64,000 nucleotides of DNA, taken from contig JBGARZ010000007.1 in assembly GCA_044229975.1 (NCBI GenBank), forward strand, positions 160,001 through 224,000, written 5' to 3'. The notes beneath the pieces are model-generated. The model worked only from the letters and a program-made list of their open reading frames with translations, was not told the DNA's origin and ran no database searches. The position numbers and the translations under genes were made by a program. The DNA is from Polyangiales bacterium (GTDB lineage: Bacteria; Myxococcota_A; Polyangia; Polyangiales; Ga0077539). Below, piece after piece: positions 58,191 through 64,000 of this stretch (its first letter is position 1; each line of letters starts with the position of its first letter).

Positions 58191-58883
58191 ATGAGTGAGT
58201 CAGCGCCGGGGATGGTGTCGCGTCGGTCGTTGTTGGTGGGGACGGGGGCCGTCACGACCGCGGCGGTGATTCCAGGATGCGGCTCGACCGCGCGGCCGCC
58301 CGTCTACACGACGGACGTGGTCGCCGTGGACACGGCCGTCAGCGATGTGGCCCGCGACGTGGCGATGGACGCCCCCGACGCCGGGACGGGCCTCGACGCG
58401 GGCGATGCGGCGAGCGCACCCATCGACGCGGTGGATGCCTCCGACGTGGTGGACGCCGTCGATGCGGTCGATGCGCCGGACGTGGTGGACGTTGTCGATG
58501 TACCGATCGATGTACCGATCGATGTACCGATCGATATGCCGGTGGTGTGTACGCTCGATGCGGGGCCCGTCAGCGACTACGCGGTGGGTACGTTTCGGGT
58601 GTTTCTTTCGCAGCACGCCATCGTCGGTCGTGATGCAGGGGGCTTGTATGCGTTTACGAGCGTGTGCCCCCACTCGGGCTGCGACGTCGACCTCCCCGAC
58701 GCGAGCGGAACCATCACCTGCCCCTGTCACGGCTCGCAGTTCGACGCCAACGGCGACCTCACGCGCGGCCCCGCGAAGAGCTCGCTCATCCACGTCCCGG
58801 TCACCCTCAGCGCCGATCGCCGGGTGTGCGTCGCGACGACCGTGCTGGAGTCCGATCGCGCGCGCCGGGTGGCTGTGTCGTAG
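58191..58883 (+). CDS. Tat-exported Rieske [2Fe-2S] lipoprotein with an Asp/Val-rich linker
   Basis: SRRSLL twin-arginine motif; PGC; CPHSGC and CPCHGSQF motifs. Confidence 0.9.
   Translation: MSESAPGMVSRRSLLVGTGAVTTAAVIPGCGSTARPPVYTTDVVAVDTAVSDVARDVAMDAPDAGTGLDAGDAASAPIDAVDASDVVDAVDAVDAPDVVDVVDVPIDVPIDVPIDMPVVCTLDAGPVSDYAVGTFRVFLSQHAIVGRDAGGLYAFTSVCPHSGCDVDLPDASGTITCPCHGSQFDANGDLTRGPAKSSLIHVPVTLSADRRVCVATTVLESDRARRVAVS
58495..58530 (+). repeat. 12-bp tandem repeat x3 (tcgatgtaccga) encoding DVPI
   Basis: Read directly from the sequence. Confidence 0.85.
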
Positions 58884-58895
58884 GGACTCGTGCCG

Positions 58896-59046
58896 TTTCG
58901 ACGTGTCCGAGGTGACCTTGCGAGGAACCGGCGACCGTGAGGGCGCCGGAATCCAAGGGCCCGTGGTGCGTCGCAGTCTCCTCGGAGGGATTCCGGCGCC
59001 CTCACGGTCGCCGGTTCCTCGCAAGGTCACCTCGGACACGTCGAAA
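58896..59046. repeat. Inverted-repeat element (family D), perfect 59-bp arms, 33-nt spacer
   Basis: 58896-58954 pairs with 58988-59046; flanked by direct repeat gtagggactc at 58880 and 59057. Confidence 0.95.
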
Positions 59047-59158
59047 GGGCTGCTTTGTAGGGACTCACCCCTCGTCGGGGTCTGAGGTTCGGAGCAGGCG
59101 TCGGCGGCGTGGGCTGGGACGGTCATGTCGTCGGTCCCTTGTGGGGACCAACGACGAG

Positions 59159-59196
59159 CACCTCGCGTCGCCACGACGCCTACTCCGAATCCCAGG
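59159..59196. repeat. 38-bp dispersed direct repeat (second copy 62543-62580)
   Basis: cacctcgcgtcgccacgacgcctactccgaatcccagg is identical at both sites. Confidence 0.9.
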
Positions 59197-59199
59197 TCG

Positions 59200-60066
59200 G
59201 GGTGCTCACGGTTGCACTCTCGCGCGTAGATCTGGAAGGCCGCGACGAAGAGCGCGAGGGCGAGCGGGCCGAGGATGATGCCCCAGCCGCCGAAGGCTTC
59301 GAGGCCGCCGAAGATGCCGAGGAAGAGCAGCAGCGGGTGCACCTTCGCCGCGCCCATGCGCGCGAAGAACGGTCGCAGGATGTTGTCGATGCTGCCGATG
59401 ACGACCACGCCGACGACCCCGAGGATGATCGCCTCCTTCGTGCGTCCGGCGAGCCCGAGCAGCAGCGCGAGCGGCGCCCAGACGAGCGAGCTGCCCACGG
59501 TCGGGATGAGCGACGCGACGACGGTGAGCACGCCCAGCAGCAGCGCGCTCGGAAGACCGAGGATGACACTCGGTGAGCGATCCGCCGGCCGACATGAGGC
59601 GGTGGGTGATGCCCGTGGTGGCGCCTCCTCCTCCGCCGCTTCCGGGAGCGGGGTGGTCTCCTTGCAGCGATCGGACGAGCTGTTGGATGGCGGCCTCGGG
59701 GCGCCCCCGGCTGGCCGCCCGACCGAACTCCACCGCGATGCCTACGATGGGGACCGCGAGCAGCACCATCGGGGCGACGATGACGACGACGAGGAGGGCG
59801 GTGGCCACGGCGGCGACGTGGTGACGATCGCCGATGCGCTTCGCGACGCGGGCGCGCAGGTCGGCCGTGAGCCCGGCGAACCACGCGGCCACCACGATGG
59901 GCGCGAGGAACTTCAGCACGGTGAGGGTGGCCAACGCGCCGAGGGCGATCACGAAGACGGCGAGCGCGCGAAACTGCTCGCTCGTGGCGCCGCTGGTGGG
60001 CGTGGCCGGGGCGTCGGGGTTGGACATGGTGCGAGACACATGGAGCCCGAGCGCGGGATTGGACAT
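59200..60066 (-). pseudogene. AI-2E family transporter, internally deleted and frameshifted, stop codon lost
   Basis: N-half ends at GGSLT near 59570; another frame gives IPTVGSSLVWAP...IDNILRP...HPLLLFLGIFGGL...GIILGP; the middle helices are missing. Confidence 0.75.
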
Positions 60067-60107
60067 CGCTCCACCGATGCGCGCGTGCGCGGTTACACTC
60101 GCGGTCG

Positions 60108-60737
60108 ATGACCAGTCACCCCGACGACGAGCTCAAGGGCAGCGAGGTTCGCCTCTGGAACCTCATCGAACAACGCGCCCGCCCCGGCGCCGACACCGCG
60201 CGCATCGACCAGCGCATCTGGGACCTCTTCGGCGAGGAGTGGGCCGTGATGTTCACCGACCTCGCGGGCTTCTCCCGCCAGGTCGCCGCCTTCGGCATCA
60301 TCCATTTCCTCCAGGAGATCTTCGAGCAGAAGCGCCTCCTGCTGCCCATCGTCGCCGCCCGCGACGGCATCCTCGTGAAGGTCGAGGCCGACAGCTTCCT
60401 CATCCTCTTCAAGCGCGCCGCGAGCGCCGTGCGCTGCGCCGTCGAGATGCAGCACGCCTGTCAGCGCTTCAACGAGCAGCGCCCCCCGGAGTCGCAGGTG
60501 CTCCTCTGCGTGGGCGTCGGGTACGGGCGCATCCTCCGCATCGGCGACGTCGACGTCTTCGGCGCCGAGGTCAACGCGGCCAGCAAGCTCGGCGAAGACA
60601 TCGCGAAGGCCAACGAGGTGCTCGTCACCCAGGCCGCCCGCGACGCGGCGGGCGAGGCGCCGGGGCTGTCGTTCAGCAGCATCGACACGGAGGTGCCGGG
60701 GACCACGCAGTCGTGGCGGCTCCACTACCCGCGCTGA
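60108..60737 (+). CDS. Class III adenylate/guanylate cyclase
   Basis: FTDLAGFS, KVEADS and DVFGAEVNAASKL motifs. Confidence 0.88.
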   Translation: MTSHPDDELKGSEVRLWNLIEQRARPGADTARIDQRIWDLFGEEWAVMFTDLAGFSRQVAAFGIIHFLQEIFEQKRLLLPIVAARDGILVKVEADSFLILFKRAASAVRCAVEMQHACQRFNEQRPPESQVLLCVGVGYGRILRIGDVDVFGAEVNAASKLGEDIAKANEVLVTQAARDAAGEAPGLSFSSIDTEVPGTTQSWRLHYPR

Positions 60738-60749
60738 TGCGAGGGGGGT

Positions 60750-61685
60750 CTACAGCCCGCCGTAGTCGACGCCCGTGGCCTTGACCGAGATCGCCCACAG
60801 GCGTCGTGCGAGGTCGGGGTTGCGGGCGGCGCGTGACGCCTTCGAGCGCACCGGCGGGCCCGACGTCTCGGTGATTCCGCCGGGGCCGATGTAGTCGCCG
60901 CCGCGCGCCTCGGGCGAGGTCGCGGCGAAGAGCGTCGGCCAGGCGCCCACGGCGGACGGCTGCGCGAGGAAGCGGTTCATGAAGGCCGCGACTCCTTCGC
61001 TGTACCCGAACGCGCCGCCCGCGGCGGCGGAGGTTCCCTGGAGGTTGGTGGCGGCGTAGCCGGGGTGACAGGTGAGGGCGTGAAAGCCGAGGCCCGCGGC
61101 GGTGGCGCGGCGGTCGAGCTCGTTGGCGAAGAGAACGTTGGCCAGCTTGGTCTGCCCATAGACCAGCCACGGGTTGAGCCGCTTGCCTTCCATCATCGCC
61201 TCGAAGCGGTCGCCGCCGACGTGGTGCATGCCGCTGCTCACGTTGACGACGCGCGCCGACCCGGTCGACTTGAGGACGTCGAGCAGGAGCCCGGTGAGGG
61301 CGAAGTGACCGAGGTGGTTGGTCGCCATCTGGATGTCGAAGCCGTCTTCGGTGAGCGACGGCGGCAGCGCCATCACGCCGGCGTTGTTGCAGAGCACGTC
61401 GAGGCGCGAGTGCTTCGCGCGAAAGGCTTCTGCGAAGGCGCGCACGCTGGCGAGCCGCGACACGTCGAGCGCCATCACCTCGACCGAGGCGCTCGGGGTC
61501 TCGGCGCGCACGAGGGACTCCGCGTCGGTCGCCTTGGCGGGGTTGCGGCACGCGAGGACGACGTGGGCGCCCTTCGCGGCGAACATGCGCGCGGCTTCGA
61601 GTCCGATGCCCGAGTTGGCGCCGGTGATGACGACGACGTGGCCGGTCTGGTCGGGAATCTGCGCGGTGGTCCACGGGGAGGTCAT
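60750..61685 (-). CDS. Short-chain dehydrogenase/reductase (retinol-DH-like)
   Basis: TGANSGIG, NNAGVM, NHLGHF and YGQTK motifs. Confidence 0.93.
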   Translation of the reverse strand: MTSPWTTAQIPDQTGHVVVITGANSGIGLEAARMFAAKGAHVVLACRNPAKATDAESLVRAETPSASVEVMALDVSRLASVRAFAEAFRAKHSRLDVLCNNAGVMALPPSLTEDGFDIQMATNHLGHFALTGLLLDVLKSTGSARVVNVSSGMHHVGGDRFEAMMEGKRLNPWLVYGQTKLANVLFANELDRRATAAGLGFHALTCHPGYAATNLQGTSAAAGGAFGYSEGVAAFMNRFLAQPSAVGAWPTLFAATSPEARGGDYIGPGGITETSGPPVRSKASRAARNPDLARRLWAISVKATGVDYGGL

Positions 61686-61747
61686 GGAGGCGGGTTCTAC
61701 GCGCGGAGGTCGCGCGGGCGCAACGGGCGGGGGTACCGTCGCGGGCG

Positions 61748-62230
61748 ATGCCCATCACGCCCCTGCACTTCGGCGCGGCGCTTCCCTTCGAGCTCGCGCT
61801 CCGCGGGCGCTTCTCGACGGTCGCCTTCGTGCTCGCCAACGTCGTGATGGACGTTCAGCCGGTGCTGGCGCTCGGGTTCGGCGTGCCCGTCGCGGTGCAC
61901 GGGTGGACCCACTCGCTGCTCGGCGCGTCGCTCATCGCCGCCGCGCTCACGCTGCTCGCGTGGTGGCTCCCGCGACGCTTCGCCTACGCCGCGGGCTTCT
62001 TCGCCGGGACGCTCACGCACGTCGCGCTCGACAGCCTGATGCACCACGACCTGTGGCCGCTGTGGCCGTGGCGCGAGGGCAACCCCGTCATCGAGCGCGT
62101 CGACGTCGACATCAGCTTCGTGATGATCGCGCCGAGCACGCTGTGGGTGCTCGTGGTGATGTGGCGGGTGCACCGTGACCAGCTCGCCAACCCCGATCGC
62201 CGGTGGCGCGATCGACTGCTGGCGATGTGA
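61748..62230 (+). CDS. DUF4184 / metal-dependent hydrolase-like membrane protein
   Basis: MPITPLH, HGWTHS and THVALDSLMH motifs. Confidence 0.7.
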   Translation: MPITPLHFGAALPFELALRGRFSTVAFVLANVVMDVQPVLALGFGVPVAVHGWTHSLLGASLIAAALTLLAWWLPRRFAYAAGFFAGTLTHVALDSLMHHDLWPLWPWREGNPVIERVDVDISFVMIAPSTLWVLVVMWRVHRDQLANPDRRWRDRLLAM

Positions 62231-62700
62231 CGACGGATCAGCCGAAGTCGCGCTCGCCCGGCACCACCACGGGCTCGCCCGCGATCGCCCGCGCCGCCTG
62301 CCGCCCAGTCCCGCGACGCCGCTGTTGCCCATCGGCGCGCTCGCACCACCGCGCGCCAGCGCTCGGACGCTGCCGACATCTCCGCGGTCACGGCCGGGAC
62401 CGCGCCCGATCACCTTGTGAGGACGAGCGCCGCGCACGGGCTCAGCGGAGTCGAAGCGTCGCGCCCAATCCCTCGCCCTGTTCAGCACCCATCGAGGCGT
62501 ATCACCAGTGGCGCGGACGGGTCGAGTGGGGCCCACGACAACCACCTCGCGTCGCCACGACGCCTACTCCGAATCCCAGGCGCTCTCCCAGGTCGCTGGA
62601 TCAGACCCGCGCCCGCGTCCGGCTCATCTCGTTGCTGGGTTGGGTTCCCCATGCGGTCGTGTCCCAAGTTGAAGCCAAGTGTCCCAAGTTGAGAACCCGC

Positions 62701-62943
62701 GTCGCTCACGCCGGAGTTCACCGTGCCGTCCTCGCGCTCACCGCGTCCGGTTCACTCCACGGCTATTTCACGCGGATCGCCCCGCTTGAAGCGGGGCTCC
62801 GTGGCTCGTCATGCGATGATTGGTGGCCCACGATCGGATTCACGGAGCCCCGCTTCGAGCGGGGCGATCCGCGTGAAATAGCCGTGGAGTGAACCGGACG
62901 CGGTGAGCGCGAGGACGGTACGGTGAACTCCGGCATGAGCGAC
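62701..62943. repeat. Long inverted-repeat element (family A), 103-bp arms, 37-nt spacer
   Basis: 62701-62803 pairs with 62841-62943; closely related to 51375-51680. Confidence 0.95.
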
Positions 62944-63101
62944 GCAGGTGTCCTACTTTGGCGGGCGCTCGATAATCGGTGTCCAAACTCGGACACCACT
63001 CCCCATGCGCTCGCGTTGACAGCGGCGATCGGGCGGCGTTCGATCGCGCGCAACGACCCGTCGGAATGGCTCTCGAACGAACCCGCAGGGAGGGTTGATC
63101 G

Positions 63102-63731
63102 ATGCAGTGCGCAAGGTGTGGGCTCGCGAACGGTGAAGGCGCCTGGCAGTGCGCGCAGTGCGGCTCGGCCCTCCAACCCTCGGGGCAACCCTACGCGGGG
63201 CCGCCGCCGTACCTGGGGCCGCCGCCCAGCAAGCCCTTCCCGCTGGCGCTCGTCCTCGGGCTCGTGCTGGGCATTCCGGCCGCGGTCTGCATGCTCGGCG
63301 TGATGGCGGCCATCGCGATCCCCGCCTTCACCCGCTACGTGAAGCGCTCGAAGACCATCGAGGCGACGTCCAACATCGCGGCCATCTATCAGGCCGAGAT
63401 CGCCTACTACAACCGCACGTCCGAGCGCGGCAACGGGCAGTTCCTCGCCGTGGATCCGACCCCGGCGGAGCTGCCATCGGCCGGCAGATACCCCGCTTCG
63501 ACCTCGCCCTGGTTGAGCAATGGCAACTGGGTCGCCCTCGGCTTCTCCGTCCCCACGCCGCACTACTACCAGTACCGCGTGACCACCAGCAACGGTGGGC
63601 AGACCTTCACCGTCACTGCGGTCGGCGACCTCGACGGCGACGGTCGCCATTCGTTCTTCTCTCGCTCCGCGACGGCCTTCAACGGGGAGATCCAGGGCAC
63701 GCCCATCGAGATCACCAACGAGTTGGAGTGA
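63102..63731 (+). CDS. Type IV pilin-like protein with N-terminal Zn ribbon instead of a prepilin leader
   Basis: CARC...CAQC; Pro-rich linker; GVMAAIAIPAFTRYVKRSKTIEA..NI..IYQAEIAYY; C-terminal AVGDLDGDG. Confidence 0.7.
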   Translation: MQCARCGLANGEGAWQCAQCGSALQPSGQPYAGPPPYLGPPPSKPFPLALVLGLVLGIPAAVCMLGVMAAIAIPAFTRYVKRSKTIEATSNIAAIYQAEIAYYNRTSERGNGQFLAVDPTPAELPSAGRYPASTSPWLSNGNWVALGFSVPTPHYYQYRVTTSNGGQTFTVTAVGDLDGDGRHSFFSRSATAFNGEIQGTPIEITNELE

Positions 63732-63783
63732 CGGCGCCGCGTCGACGGCGTGCTGCCGCTCGCGGCGGCGACGGCCAACGGAC

Positions 63784-64000
63784 ATGACCCCCGGCGAGGA
63801 CCTCCAGCCGGCGCAGGGCGTCGGGACAAGCGACGAGCGCACCTCCCTGCGTGAGCTCGGGCTGCTCTTCCTGCGGCTCGGAACGACGGCCTTCGGCGGG
63901 CCCGCCGCCCACGTCGCGATGATGCAGGACGAGGTCGTGCGCCGCCGCGAGTGGCTCTCCGAGGAGCGCTTCCTCGACCTCCTCGGCGCGACCAACCTCA
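63784..64000 (+). CDS. chrA: Chromate efflux transporter, 3'-truncated by the window edge
   Basis: FLRLGTTAFGGPAAHVAMMQDEVVRRREWLSEERFLDLLGATNL. Confidence 0.9.
   Translation, partial: MTPGEDLQPAQGVGTSDERTSLRELGLLFLRLGTTAFGGPAAHVAMMQDEVVRRREWLSEERFLDLLGATNL

Noticed and set aside
58200..59200. Long C-terminal extension of the AI-2E frame
   Set aside because: Read-through across repeats and antisense to the Rieske gene; not protein-like

Overview
Very GC-rich bacterial chromosomal DNA. The gene content (Hanks-type Ser/Thr kinases, a sigma54 activator, many Cys- or Asp-rich lipoproteins, orphan vgrG, a PilA-like helix) suggests a myxobacterium, probably Polyangiales-like; this is an inference. 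About 55 real CDSs can be picked out from many spurious GC-rich shadow ORFs. Housekeeping or metabolic genes include cysS, def, uppP, livM, a fused livG-livF, Nif3, an M1 peptidase, NMO, an SDR and a partial chrA. Signalling genes include REC-HTH, a REC-Ser/Thr kinase, NtrC, a histidine kinase, a class III cyclase and a GluR0-like channel. Accessory loci are an orphan vgrG / CHAP-like / DUF4280 (PAAR-like) module, a 1498-aa Cas4/Dna2-like nuclease-SF1 helicase with a coupled small gene, a divergent lipoxygenase-like enzyme with an atypical metal-ligand set, and two paralogous Zn-ribbon lipoproteins carrying repeated YG-x-P motifs. The most striking non-coding signal is about 10 long intergenic inverted-repeat elements in several sequence families. 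Their arms run up to 130 bp, are near-identical within an element but diverged between elements, and mostly enclose unique spacers (REPIN/MITE-like). Several bracket orphan genes or gene remnants. No rRNA, tRNA, CRISPR array, transposase or integrase was recognised. Three genes look frameshifted or internally deleted.
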